Positions 16,295 through 26,062 of a DNA stretch of 48,761 bases are shown here, piece after piece. Within the stretch, counting starts at the first letter, position 1, and every line of letters starts with the position of its first letter. The notes below the pieces were generated by a model that was given only the letters and a program-made list of their open reading frames with translations, made no database searches and had not been told where the DNA came from. Made by a program: the position numbers and the translations under genes. The stretch spans positions 1 through 48,761 of the IMG/VR virus record IMGVR_UViG_3300011444_000002, one strand, 5' to 3'. The DNA comes from a virus (Duplodnaviria; Caudoviricetes).

Positions 16295-17413
16295 TCAGAC
16301 CTCGACGAAACGGAGCTGGCCGCGCCAGAGAGCCGTCGCAGGGTTCGACTCCTCGAACGCGCCGTCAATCTCCAGAGGGAACGCCTCGCCGTCGAAATCG
16401 ACGTAGGCCGGCCTCGTGTAGTACGGGGAGCTCGGGATCACGACGAGCGGGCGTGCGATCCCGTAGGAGATCCCGCCGCCCGAGCCGCCGCGCCCCTTGT
16501 TCGACGCCCAAAGCCGTTTCACCTTCTCGGCGTCGGGGTTCTTGAGCAGGCGGTAGCCGTACTCGAACGTCCGCTTGACCGCGCCTCCCGAGGGGTCGAA
16601 CGAGAACCGAGCTCCCGAGGGGAGCGTCGTCCCCTTCGCGAGCGTCGAGAGGTTCCCGACGATCGAGCCCTCATGTCTGGGCGAGCGGTTGAACTCGTAG
16701 AACGTCTCGTGGTCCGCGCCCGCGGCCGTGAGCCCGAGCCCGGTCGTCTGCTCGGCGAAGTCGATCGGGCCCAGGGTCTCGATCGTGAACGAGTCGAAGA
16801 TCCCGACCGAGCTCCCCGAGCTCGGGCCCGACGCGACGATCAGTCGGACGCGGACGTGGTCGAGCGCGGAGCTCGTAAGGTCGATCGCGATCGGCGAGGA
16901 GACCAGGTCGACCCAATCGCCGGTCCAGGACGCGGCCGCGATCGTGAGGGAGCCGCAGGAGACGTCGGACGACTCGGTCGCGTTCAGTTGCCGCAGGTTG
17001 AGGCTCCAGTCGTTCGCGGGTGCGGGCGTCTGTCCCAGGAACCGAACCCGGATCCGGGCCCACCATGTAGCCGACTCCGCGGCCATGTAGGCGGCCGAGA
17101 ACGGCTCCGAGCCCGGGAGCTGCGCCGACGCCCCCCTCGGGGACAATAGGTATCGCGAGGCCGAGTTGCCGAGCGCGGCCGGCGCGATGATCCGCAGAGC
17201 TCGTCCCGATCCGTCGACGTTTGCGCGCCCGAGAGACGCGCCGCCGCCGATCAGGATCGGGACCCAATGGATCCGCGCGGGCGTAACGAGGTCCGTCGTC
17301 GCGCCGGCCGATGCGGTCCAGCCGTCGGGGAGTCCGGTCGCGCCGAGCGACGAGTATTTCCAGCCGAAATCGGCGTTCGGAACGTAGAGGCCGCAGGAGA
17401 TTTTCGGGCCCAT
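16295..17413 (-). CDS. Distal tail-like protein with a carbohydrate-binding-like N-terminal domain
   Basis: Follows the tape measure gene; PNADF...LPDGW start; ends LRFVEV as in Dit-like proteins. Confidence 0.6.
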   Translation of the reverse strand: MGPKISCGLYVPNADFGWKYSSLGATGLPDGWTASAGATTDLVTPARIHWVPILIGGGASLGRANVDGSGRALRIIAPAALGNSASRYLLSPRGASAQLPGSEPFSAAYMAAESATWWARIRVRFLGQTPAPANDWSLNLRQLNATESSDVSCGSLTIAAASWTGDWVDLVSSPIAIDLTSSALDHVRVRLIVASGPSSGSSVGIFDSFTIETLGPIDFAEQTTGLGLTAAGADHETFYEFNRSPRHEGSIVGNLSTLAKGTTLPSGARFSFDPSGGAVKRTFEYGYRLLKNPDAEKVKRLWASNKGRGGSGGGISYGIARPLVVIPSSPYYTRPAYVDFDGEAFPLEIDGAFEESNPATALWRGQLRFVEV

Positions 17414-17416
17414 CGC

Positions 17417-20400
17417 CTAGCCTCCCGAGCTGGTCGGAACGACGAGCTCCCGGTCATTGAGCATTTGCTGGAGGACGGGACGCATTTCGCGCGCGAGCGC
17501 GATCGCGGCCTCGGGCCCGAACAAGTTCAGGCCCCCGAAGAATCCGATCGTCACGTTAAAGTTCTGCGTGATCGGGGCGTTCCCCGCGACCGTCCGGAGT
17601 CTCGTCGAGGTCGACTGCGAGGACCCGCCGCTCGCCTCGGCGGCCGCCGGAGTTCCCGCCTGCTCCTCCTCGTTCTGCGCGCGGAGCGCGTTCGCGCCGC
17701 CCTGCGCGACCGCAGCTCCGACCCCGTAGGCCGCCGCGGCCAGGGCGTGCTTTCCCGCCGCCGCGAGGTACTGGCCGGCCTGGAGCGGGAACTCGATCGC
17801 CTTCGCGACCGAGCGGATCGCCGCCGCGGCCTCCTGGGCCCCCTCGGTCCGCATGACAGCGGCGAGGGCCTCGATCGAGGCCGCCGCCCCCTCTTTCGCC
17901 GCCGACTTAACGATCTGGAGCGCGAGGCCGTGCGTCCCCTGGTGATACTTGAACCATTTCGTCGTCGCCGCGACGAGCGTGTTATAGGCCGCCGTCCCCG
18001 CGGCCGCCATGCCGGACGACGCGACGAGGGCTGCCTGCGCGGCCTGGTCCCATCCTGCGCCGACGTCGTGAAAGAACGCCGCCCAGGTCGCGCGCATCGA
18101 GTCCGTAGCGAACTGCGTGTTCTGGATCGTCGCGTCGAGGGACGCGTTCGCCTGCGCCGCGACCGAGAGGTCCGCGGCCTCTTTCCCCGTCGTGTCCGTC
18201 GCCCGCCCGACGTCGGCGACGTTCTCGGGCGAGATCCCGCGCCCCAGGAGCTCGCGCCCCTTGCGGGCGTCGATCCCGAGCTGCGCGAACTTCCCGAGGG
18301 CCTCGTTTAGGTTGTCCTGCTCGGACTTGACCTTGAGCGTCGCGACCGCGAGGTCGTCCAGGAGCTTGAGCCACGCGTCGGAGCCGACCTTGACGGTCTG
18401 GAGCTGGAACTTGAGGACCTCGACCGCGAGCTCGTTCCGGTCCTCTGCGGCCTTCTTGTTGACCTCTGCGACGTCGTCGGCGACCTGCTTCTCCAGGACG
18501 ACCCTCTGGTCCCCGAGTTTCCTCTGGAACGCGAGGAGGAACGTCCCGTCCTGGAGCGACTGGTCGAGGGCCTGGCGTTCGATCTTCGCCTTCTCGTTCG
18601 CGACCTTCTGGACCTGGGCGATCTGCGCCGCCGTCGCGCCCGGCGCGCTGGCCGCGGCGAGGACCTGGGACCGCCTGCGGTCCTCGATCTCCTGGTCGGC
18701 GCGCGCGAACGCCTCGCCGAGCGCGATCGACTTCGCGACCGCGTCGTGCTCGATCTTGTCCAGGAGCTTGAGCCGCTCGGCCGCGCCGTGCGCCTCGATC
18801 CCGAGCCGCCGCTCGATCGAGTCGGCGGCCGCGGCCGCGAGCTTCTGGCCGGTCGAGAGTTCGAGCGTGACGTAGTCCTGGGCCCGCTTGACCGCGTCGT
18901 CGAACGCCTTCTTAGCCGCCTTCGCGAGCTCGGGATCGACCTCGGGCGGGGTCGCCTTCGCGGCCTTCGCCGGAGCTGCGAACGCCTGGCCGCGGGTCGC
19001 CAGGTCGGCGAACGTGTCGCCCAGGTGGAACCCGTAGGTCTGGCCGAGCTGCGAGCGCGCATCGCGAACCGCGGCGACCGGCGGGGCGATCGGAGCCTCG
19101 CGGTTGAACCCGCCCGAGCGCGCGCGCGCGACCTCCGCGGTAAGGCCGCGCATCCTGGCCGTCGCGTCGTCGATCCGCAGGAGCTCGGAGTCGGAGATCA
19201 GCTCGACCGGGACGATCGCCCCGATAGCCTCCAGCTCTTTCCGCATATCCTGCGTCGCCCGCGTCGCGTCCCGCATCGCGGCCGGCCCGGCCGCCTTGGA
19301 GAGCTCCTCGTCGAGCTCGCCGTAACTCTTTTTCAGGGCCTCGACCTGGTCGTGCGCGTCGTCGAAAATCGCCGCGACGGCGATCCCGCCCAGGAGCCCG
19401 ATCGCGATCCCGATCGGACCGCCGAGCCCCATAATCGCGCCCGAGAGTTTCGAGACGCCGAACGACGCGACCGTCGCCGACGTGCCGGCCGCGACCGCCG
19501 CCTCCGACCAGAGGCCGAACGCCTCGACGCCGGCCAGGACCAGACCCGTCAGCTTGAGGAACCCGACCGAGCCGATCAGGAACCCGATCGGCGCGCGCAG
19601 CTTGTCGAGGTTCTCGGCGAGCGTCAGAGCCGCATTGAACCCGGTCTCGGCCGCGTGGACGAACGTCTCCATCGCGCCCGAGACGCTTTTCGCCCATCGT
19701 TCGAGCGTCCCGTTTTTCTCCAGCTCGGCGATCTTGGAGAGGATCTTTTCCAGCTCGCCGCGCACGAGGTCGCCGACGCCCGACTCGGAGATCTTGAGGA
19801 GGAGCTGGAACACTTCGTCGCGCAGAGCCGAGAACCGGCCGCTCGTCGTCTTTGCGATCAGCTCGTCGTCCTCGCCGAACTTCTGTTTCCAGAACTCCAT
19901 TACCTCGGCCGCGATCTTCTTAGAGTCCGACGCCGATCGGCGGCCGCCCTCCATGAGGTCGACGCCGGCCTTCGCCGCGATCGCCTGGATATCGACGCCG
20001 AACGACTTTAGGTTCTGGAGCTCGCCGACCCGCGCCTGGGAGATCGCGAGGACGGCCTCGTTTAGCGGACGGTGGAGGAACGCGGCGACGTTCGAGAGCG
20101 TGCCGATATATTCCTTCGTATTGAGGTTCAGGGCCTCCAGGAGTTTCGACGCCTCGATCACGTTCGGGAGGTCGAACGAGGAGGTTTTCGCGAACTCTTT
20201 CAGGTAGGCCAGGTGCGCGACCGCCTCGTCCGAGCCGCCCAGGAGGACGCCGAACGAGGCTTTCCATGCTTCCATGTCCGCGCCCGCGGAGATCACGTCG
20301 CCGAATAGCTCCGCGCCCTTGGTGATCCCCTCCTGGGCGAACCGGACGGCCTCCATAAGTCCCGGCAGCTTCACGAGGGTTTCACCGACCCCGGTGTAGG

Positions 20401-20614
20401 CGTGTTCGAGCTTCTGCGCCGCCCGCTCGGCGTTCGCGAACTGTCCGGCGATCTGGCCGATTGCCGCGGCCTGCTTCGTCGAGACCGCGGCCTGCTCGGT
20501 CTGCATCTTGAGCGCGCGCTCGTTCATCGCGAGGATCTGCTGCTGGACCGCCGCGATCTGCTGGACGCCCTCGGTCGTGACCTTTAGCCGTAGATTGATA
20601 TCGTCGTTCGGCAC
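17417..20614 (-). CDS. Tail tape measure protein
   Basis: 1065 aa, Ala-rich and helical. Tape-measure domain MEAWKASFGVLLGG...LKEFAKTSSFDL...TTSGRFSALRD. Confidence 0.93.
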   Translation of the reverse strand: MPNDDINLRLKVTTEGVQQIAAVQQQILAMNERALKMQTEQAAVSTKQAAAIGQIAGQFANAERAAQKLEHAYTGVGETLVKLPGLMEAVRFAQEGITKGAELFGDVISAGADMEAWKASFGVLLGGSDEAVAHLAYLKEFAKTSSFDLPNVIEASKLLEALNLNTKEYIGTLSNVAAFLHRPLNEAVLAISQARVGELQNLKSFGVDIQAIAAKAGVDLMEGGRRSASDSKKIAAEVMEFWKQKFGEDDELIAKTTSGRFSALRDEVFQLLLKISESGVGDLVRGELEKILSKIAELEKNGTLERWAKSVSGAMETFVHAAETGFNAALTLAENLDKLRAPIGFLIGSVGFLKLTGLVLAGVEAFGLWSEAAVAAGTSATVASFGVSKLSGAIMGLGGPIGIAIGLLGGIAVAAIFDDAHDQVEALKKSYGELDEELSKAAGPAAMRDATRATQDMRKELEAIGAIVPVELISDSELLRIDDATARMRGLTAEVARARSGGFNREAPIAPPVAAVRDARSQLGQTYGFHLGDTFADLATRGQAFAAPAKAAKATPPEVDPELAKAAKKAFDDAVKRAQDYVTLELSTGQKLAAAAADSIERRLGIEAHGAAERLKLLDKIEHDAVAKSIALGEAFARADQEIEDRRRSQVLAAASAPGATAAQIAQVQKVANEKAKIERQALDQSLQDGTFLLAFQRKLGDQRVVLEKQVADDVAEVNKKAAEDRNELAVEVLKFQLQTVKVGSDAWLKLLDDLAVATLKVKSEQDNLNEALGKFAQLGIDARKGRELLGRGISPENVADVGRATDTTGKEAADLSVAAQANASLDATIQNTQFATDSMRATWAAFFHDVGAGWDQAAQAALVASSGMAAAGTAAYNTLVAATTKWFKYHQGTHGLALQIVKSAAKEGAAASIEALAAVMRTEGAQEAAAAIRSVAKAIEFPLQAGQYLAAAGKHALAAAAYGVGAAVAQGGANALRAQNEEEQAGTPAAAEASGGSSQSTSTRLRTVAGNAPITQNFNVTIGFFGGLNLFGPEAAIALAREMRPVLQQMLNDRELVVPTSSGG

Positions 20615-20616
20615 GG

Positions 20617-21129
20617 TCAGCTCCCTACGTTTCGCGAAATGTCGAGGGCCCGGTTACGGGCCTCGCGCATCCTGATAACCGAGCGCGTCTGGCGCACGAC
20701 CCCGAACGCTTCCAGGAGTTGCGCCGGCTGCGAGAGGAGACCGCCCTCGAACGGGAGCGTCGAGTATGCCTCGGACATTCCCTCTAGGCCGATGATCTCG
20801 GCGGCCTCGCCGATCCCCTCGGTGACTTCCAGGAGCCCTGGTACGCAGAGCCCGCAATACTGCGCGCGGTCGTGCGCCGTGAGATCGCGCCAGTCCCAGA
20901 GCTCGTCGCCCAGGTGCTCCCAGATCGTCTCTTTCGAGACCCAGACGCGCCGATCGGCGGCTCCCGTCGGGACCTCGACGCGGACATACTGCCGCCGGGT
21001 GAGGCATCGTTCGTCCTCGTGCGCGCCGCTCTTGGACAGTCCGTCGCAGGTGAGCGTCCATTGACGCCCGGTCGTGTTCGCTTCGAGACTGTCCATCGAG
21101 TAGCCGACGACGAACTCTAGGATTTTTTT
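20617..21129 (-). CDS. Tail assembly chaperone frameshift extension (gpGT-like)
   Basis: Open -1 frame entered at the A AAA AAA slippery site; contains LPFEGGLLSQPA. Confidence 0.75.
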   Translation of the reverse strand, partial: KKILEFVVGYSMDSLEANTTGRQWTLTCDGLSKSGAHEDERCLTRRQYVRVEVPTGAADRRVWVSKETIWEHLGDELWDWRDLTAHDRAQYCGLCVPGLLEVTEGIGEAAEIIGLEGMSEAYSTLPFEGGLLSQPAQLLEAFGVVRQTRSVIRMREARNRALDISRNVGS

Positions 21130-21491
21130 CTGCCGGCCTCCAGGATCGCCGTCGACTGCGCCGCGAGCATGAGCTCCTGGAGCAGGAGGAAGTCGATCGC
21201 CTCGGTGACGTACTCGGCGATCTCCTCGCCCTTGAGCTCCAGACCCTCCTCGCCCGCGTTCTGGACGTAGTCGAGCTGGCCGATCAGAGACTCGCGGTCG
21301 ACCTTGATCGAGTTCTGCGCGCGCGCGACGGCCGGCACGTTGTATTCCTTGTCGGCCGCGTTCCAGCGCGCCCGGTAGAACGCCGACTCGTCGGCCTTCA
21401 TCGCGCGCAGGCCGAAAACGGTCTGGATATCCTTGTCGCGATCCGACGACGCGACGAACGGGACCGGGTCCTTTGAAATCCGAACGATCAT
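21117..21491 (-). CDS. Tail assembly chaperone (gpG-like)
   Basis: Between the tail tube and tape measure genes; ends GGC AGA AAA AAA TCC TAG. Confidence 0.8.
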   Translation of the reverse strand: MIVRISKDPVPFVASSDRDKDIQTVFGLRAMKADESAFYRARWNAADKEYNVPAVARAQNSIKVDRESLIGQLDYVQNAGEEGLELKGEEIAEYVTEAIDFLLLQELMLAAQSTAILEAGRKKS

Positions 21492-21526
21492 TGGGACGAC
21501 TCCCTGGTGAGCTGGTGAAGTGAATC

Positions 21527-21551
21527 GCGGGCCCGGCCCTTGCGGGCCCGC
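21527..21551 (-). terminator. Hairpin after the major tail gene
   Basis: GCGGGCCC...GGGCCCGC inverted repeat; weak U tract. Confidence 0.4.
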
Positions 21552-21560
21552 TCGGTGCTG

Positions 21561-22556
21561 CTACGCGGCCAGGTCGGCCGAGTGCCAAATGTCGATCGTG
21601 GTCGCCTGCGGCGCAGTCGCCGCGGTCGCCTTCGCGAAATCGACCTGGACGCCCTGGATCCCGCCGCGGTCGACCTGCTGGTGATTCGAGTAGATCGCGT
21701 CGAAGATCATCCGAACATAGCCGACGTCGTCGACCGCGGTCCCCCATCCGAACTCCAGAGTCCGGTTCGTCTTTGCCTTGAAGTCGTCGAACATGGGCAT
21801 CCCGATTGCCCGCGCCGTAACGACCATGTTCCCCGTCAGTCCGAAGATCCCCAGGACCAGGTCCTCGGGCGTCTGCGACTTGCCGTTCCAGGGGATCAGG
21901 CCGTTCGTCAGGGTGAGATCGACGACGACCGGCGCAGGAGTGATCGAGGCCCCCTCGATCTTCGCGACCAGAAGGTGCCGGTGCATATGCTGGAGCGCGT
22001 TCGACCAGGCCGACGCCGGAGACGCCAGGGTCCCCTTGTCGCCCGAGACGGCCATCGTCTCGACGTCCATCTTCCCGAAGTCGTTCTCCTGCGTTACCAG
22101 GTGGATCGACTTCGCGATGTTGCCGAGCGTTTTCTTGGACTCGTTCGTCGCGCCGGCCCGGAGCGCGTGCTGCGCGGAGAACGCGATGTTGACCGCGGGC
22201 TGCGCCGTGTAGGCGACGAACGTGTGCTTGAACTTGCCGGAGAGCGCGGGCGTCTCGACTCCGGCCGGCTTGAGCTGGAGCAGCGTCGCGAGCATCTTGT
22301 AGAGGAACACGTTCCCCATTCGGGCTGCGAACGTCACGCCCGAGTCGATATTCGCGGTCGCGTACTCGTCCTCGTGCCGCTCCGAACGACCCCGAGCCGT
22401 AACTCCGGTGTCGAGAAAGTTCGGATTGATGTTCATCTGCGGGATCCCGATTACCGGGAACGTCTTGTAAGTGACGGCCTCGGTTCCGATCGCGACGAGC
22501 TCGTCGCCGATCGCGAAATGGGATTCCCATCCTGCGTAATGATTATTCGACGGCAT
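21561..22556 (-). CDS. Major tail tube protein
   Basis: 331 aa, beta-rich, upstream of the chaperones; KFKHTF and DLTLTNGL tube-like motifs. No sheath gene is present. Confidence 0.8.
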   Translation of the reverse strand: MPSNNHYAGWESHFAIGDELVAIGTEAVTYKTFPVIGIPQMNINPNFLDTGVTARGRSERHEDEYATANIDSGVTFAARMGNVFLYKMLATLLQLKPAGVETPALSGKFKHTFVAYTAQPAVNIAFSAQHALRAGATNESKKTLGNIAKSIHLVTQENDFGKMDVETMAVSGDKGTLASPASAWSNALQHMHRHLLVAKIEGASITPAPVVVDLTLTNGLIPWNGKSQTPEDLVLGIFGLTGNMVVTARAIGMPMFDDFKAKTNRTLEFGWGTAVDDVGYVRMIFDAIYSNHQQVDRGGIQGVQVDFAKATAATAPQATTIDIWHSADLAA

Positions 22557-22574
22557 GGCGGCTCCTCTCCTCTG

Positions 22575-22922
22575 TTACGGGTTGTCGACGACCGGAGCTG
22601 CCGGTTCCGTCGTGCTGTAGAGCGGCTCGCCGCCGCCCTCGACGATCACGTCCTGGCCGAACTCGTCCTGGTCGACGCGATCCGGACGGAACGCGGCCAT
22701 CTTCGCCGCGAGCTCGGGAGTCACGTCGGCGAACGGCTGGTAGACGAACGAGACCCCGAACCGCTCGTCGACGTAGCCGACTCCGGTCAGGGACCAGATC
22801 CGCGTCAGCGTCGGCGCGAGCGTGGTCTCGGTCGTCGTGTTCTCGGCCAGCGTCTCGGCCGATTCGGGAGCAGTCGCCGTCGGGCGAGCTCCCCGCATCG
22901 TGGAACCGTCACGGATCGGCAT
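22575..22922 (-). CDS. Hypothetical protein
   Basis: GAGGAG RBS; lies within the structural operon. Confidence 0.7.
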   Translation of the reverse strand: MPIRDGSTMRGARPTATAPESAETLAENTTTETTLAPTLTRIWSLTGVGYVDERFGVSFVYQPFADVTPELAAKMAAFRPDRVDQDEFGQDVIVEGGGEPLYSTTEPAAPVVDNP

Positions 22923-22933
22923 TTGCTCCTCCT

Positions 22934-23752
22934 CTAGGTGAGCGACTCGGCGTAGACGCCGCCGTCGCCGTATTCGCCCGCCGCGCTGCGAGACCCGACC
23001 ATGTCCGGGAACCGCACGCGACAGACGACAAGCGCGTGATACAGGAGGCCGCCGCCCTCGGGCCTCTCCTCCCCGATCATCGCGGGCCCGAGAACCTGCG
23101 TATCGGCGGCCAGGCCGCCCCAGGTCCTCTGCTCCTCTGCGATCGAGATCAGGGCCGACCCCAGACGAACCGCGTCGAGGTAGGCGTTCTCGTTGTCGAG
23201 CCTGGAGACCCAGGCGTGGAGCTCCAGTTGTACGTCGTGCTCGTCGAACTGCTGGACCTGGCCCTCAAGCGTGACCGACCCCGAGGAGACGCCGATCGCC
23301 GGGAGGAGCGCGATCGGGACCTGGTGCCCGACGATCGGGTTCGTCCGTTCGAGCATTTCGTAGGGGTCGCGGTACTGCGCCAGGAGCGCGACGACCCGCG
23401 CGATCAGGAGCCCGAGGAGGTTGTGCGTCCAGGCGACCCGGATATCCGGGGTCGCGCCGTTCGCGCGAACCTGCGCGACCATGCCGGCGACCGAGAACAA
23501 CGCCCCGACCTCGGGGACCATCGCGACGTCGATCACGCCGGCACCCGAGGGCCCATGAGCTCCGGCGGCCAGCTTGCGGACGCCCGCGATCGCGTCGGCC
23601 TCGGACTGGTAGAGGTCGAGCGTCCAGGAGTCCGGCGCGGCCAGCTTGGAGACGAGCCAGAACTCCCTCCAGCGGTCGGTCTTGAGCTGGACGACGGCGA
23701 AGTCGCACCCGGAGAGCGGGCCTGGTGGCGCAACGCGGGCTCCGTATCTCAA
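22934..23752 (-). CDS. Tail terminator-like protein with an N-terminal extra domain
   Basis: Position; C-terminal half LLPAIGV...EEQRTWGGLAADT. Confidence 0.55.
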   Translation of the reverse strand: MRYGARVAPPGPLSGCDFAVVQLKTDRWREFWLVSKLAAPDSWTLDLYQSEADAIAGVRKLAAGAHGPSGAGVIDVAMVPEVGALFSVAGMVAQVRANGATPDIRVAWTHNLLGLLIARVVALLAQYRDPYEMLERTNPIVGHQVPIALLPAIGVSSGSVTLEGQVQQFDEHDVQLELHAWVSRLDNENAYLDAVRLGSALISIAEEQRTWGGLAADTQVLGPAMIGEERPEGGGLLYHALVVCRVRFPDMVGSRSAAGEYGDGGVYAESLT

Positions 23753-24456
23753 GGTCGGCTCCCAAAGAGATAGGCCCGGAGCGGGGTTCTCCAGTTGCGC
23801 TGGAGGAACGCCGCGCCGGCCTGCGTGTTCGGGTCGACCGGCGGGAGGAACGGCCGCGCGGGGTAGCCGGGGTGCTGGACCGAGAGCGCGTAGACGGTGA
23901 CGGCTCCCGGCCGCCCGGGAATCTGGCCGCGCCCGGTTGCACGACGCCGCGCCAGGGCGCGCGACCTCCGCTCGCGGAACGCGGCCAGGCCCTCGCGCCC
24001 GGTGAGCGTGCGACCGCCTTCTCGAACTCCGGCGACCTGGAACCGCAGCGGATAGTTTCCATGCGGCGCGATCGTCCAGGGACCTTTCCGGCCCTCCTGG
24101 TGGAACCGCCCGATCGCCGACGTCTTAACCGTGATCCCGATCTCGGAGCCGACCTCGGAGACGGTGATCGAGGTCGCGGCCTCGATGCCCGAGCGGCCGC
24201 GGCCGCCGTGGAGGACCTTGGAGTGTCCTTTCGCGGCGACGGTGTTAAGCCGGTTCGGGACCCATTGGGGATTCCCGCCGACGGCGAACTGCGTCCGGAC
24301 GTGCTGCCGCATCGCGGCCGCCAGTTGCGCGACGACGGGTCCCGGGTTCCGCATCCCGGCCCCGAAGCGTGCAAGCGTCTCGCGCGCCGCCGCCGCCTCG
24401 ACCTCGGTCGAGACCGGCGCGACGTAGAACGCCCGAACGTTGTAGGAGAGAGGCAT
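23749..24456 (-). CDS. Neck/tail completion protein (Mu gpG-like virion morphogenesis)
   Basis: TAATG coupling; QFAVGGNPQW...FHQEG...HPGYPARPFL. Confidence 0.75.
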   Translation of the reverse strand: MPLSYNVRAFYVAPVSTEVEAAAARETLARFGAGMRNPGPVVAQLAAAMRQHVRTQFAVGGNPQWVPNRLNTVAAKGHSKVLHGGRGRSGIEAATSITVSEVGSEIGITVKTSAIGRFHQEGRKGPWTIAPHGNYPLRFQVAGVREGGRTLTGREGLAAFRERRSRALARRRATGRGQIPGRPGAVTVYALSVQHPGYPARPFLPPVDPNTQAGAAFLQRNWRTPLRAYLFGSRP

Positions 24457-25223
24457 TACCGCCGGCTCCGAACCGAGAGCGACGGGATCGCCGTCGGCAT
24501 GATGTAGGACTGGTGTTTCGAGCCGACCGTGCGCGCGACGCCGCCGACGGTCTCGACGACGACCGGGACCGTCGGGATCACGATCTCGCCGGCCAGGATC
24601 GCGTCCAGCCACTTGTCGACCCACGCGTGGAGGTCGACCGCATGGAGTCCGCGGTTCCCGTTCTCGCCGTAGTAGCGGTCGAGCAGGAGCGCGGCCGCCT
24701 TCCAGTCGTTCATTAGGACGAGGATCGGGTCGAACGGCGCGACGAATGGGACGGTGTAGATCCCGCCGAGCCGGCCATTGATGTAGTCGGCTCCGCGGGT
24801 CGCCTCCAGCGCGACCGCCGACGAGTCGAGCGTCGGGTCGGAGAGGGCCTTGTCGACGGCGCGGATCCGCTCCTCGGTCGTGTAGCTCGTCCCGACCGTG
24901 CCGGTCGTCGCGAACGCGGCCGACGGCACGAGCTGGAGCGTATCGACCGAGCTCGTCGGCTTGCCGCTCGTGACGCCCGTCCAGCGGACGACGTACTGGC
25001 CGCTCGGCCAGGAGTTGAGGTCGGAGACGTCGAGGTCGGCGAGCATGAAACCCGTAAGGCCCAGGGCCTCGACGGGCGTCAGCGTCGCGAGAACCGCGAC
25101 CGGGTTCCCGCCCATGATCTTGATCTGCGGCGACGTCGGCGTCGCCGGCTGCGCGTCGTCGTCGAGGTACTGCGACGCGATCACGATCGGCGCGGCCTGG
25201 CCGACTGCTCCCTGGAAGATCAT
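24456..25223 (-). CDS. Head-tail adaptor (Mu gp36-like) with an N-terminal Ig-like extension
   Basis: SYTTEERIR...ADYINGRLGGIYTVPF...KWLDAILAGEI, preceded by ~105 aa of beta-rich sequence. Confidence 0.7.
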   Translation of the reverse strand: MIFQGAVGQAAPIVIASQYLDDDAQPATPTSPQIKIMGGNPVAVLATLTPVEALGLTGFMLADLDVSDLNSWPSGQYVVRWTGVTSGKPTSSVDTLQLVPSAAFATTGTVGTSYTTEERIRAVDKALSDPTLDSSAVALEATRGADYINGRLGGIYTVPFVAPFDPILVLMNDWKAAALLLDRYYGENGNRGLHAVDLHAWVDKWLDAILAGEIVIPTVPVVVETVGGVARTVGSKHQSYIMPTAIPSLSVRSRR

Positions 25224-25227
25224 CGGA

Positions 25228-25353
25228 CTATCTCCTCGTTTTCAGGCGACGCCGCTTGAGCGTCGCGCCTTCTGCGATCCGCGGCCGCTTGAGCGCGGGA
25301 GCGGGACCGATCGGGATCGTGAACTCCCAGAGGGAGCGGAGCGCGAGGAGCAC
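25228..25353 (-). CDS. Small basic protein (41 aa, absent from the ORF track)
   Basis: GTG...TAG ORF fills the gap: MLLALRSLWEFTIPIGPAPALKRPRIAEGATLKRRRLKTRR. Confidence 0.5.
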   Translation of the reverse strand: MLLALRSLWEFTIPIGPAPALKRPRIAEGATLKRRRLKTRR

Positions 25354-25354
25354 G

Positions 25355-26059
25355 CTAGAACCCCATCCCCGAGAGGCACGCCTGCGGGTGTAGCAGCTCG
25401 CCGCGGAACTCGGCGCACGCGAGCGCGTAGGGCTTCGCCGTCGCGCCCCAGGTAAACCCCGGAGTCACGCTCGCGCCGCCCGGCTGCGGGCCGTATGCGC
25501 TGGAGTAGCGCACGCGAGCTGGCGACGACCCCTGGGAGCTCGTCGCCTGCTGTCCCATGCTCGTTCCAGTCGCCGCGCTAACTGCGGGGACGGTCGTCCC
25601 GAAAAATACCGAGAGCCCCTCGAAGATCGCCGACGTCGTGAGATCCGGGCTCGTGAGCGTCTTGCTTGCGCTCGTCGCGGTGCCGATCCCGCCGTCGACC
25701 GCGCCGCCGAGCGCGCCGGGCTCGATCCCTTCGATTTCGTAGACCGACGTTCGGGTGATACACGTCGAGGCCGCCGTCGGAGTCACGACGACGCTATGCG
25801 TCCCCTTGGGCGGGAACTCGAACTTATAGATCCCGACGTCGGCCGTCCCGGCCTGGTACTTCACGATCGTAGCCGCGACGCCGCCGACGGTTACGCTCGC
25901 GATCGAGTTGTCGATCCCGAGGGTGTCCTCGTTGTGGACGACGATGATATGGCAGCGGCGAGCGGTGTCCGGCCAGCTCGGAGTTACGGAAACCGTGGTC
26001 GCCGCGCCGGTTCCATTCCCGTTCGTAAGTGCCGCCAGGACGACCAGGTCGCGCGCCAT
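25355..26059 (-). CDS. Putative virion surface protein (beta-sandwich)
   Basis: Thr/Ser/Gly/Ala-rich; IASVTVGGVAAT; located in the head-neck region. Confidence 0.65.
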   Translation of the reverse strand: MARDLVVLAALTNGNGTGAATTVSVTPSWPDTARRCHIIVVHNEDTLGIDNSIASVTVGGVAATIVKYQAGTADVGIYKFEFPPKGTHSVVVTPTAASTCITRTSVYEIEGIEPGALGGAVDGGIGTATSASKTLTSPDLTTSAIFEGLSVFFGTTVPAVSAATGTSMGQQATSSQGSSPARVRYSSAYGPQPGGASVTPGFTWGATAKPYALACAEFRGELLHPQACLSGMGF

Positions 26060-26062
26060 CCC

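Noticed and set aside
25250-25297. Tandem GCCGCTTGAGCG hairpins as an ncRNA
   Set aside because: Both copies encode LKR in the small 41-aa ORF, so a coding repeat is the simpler explanation.
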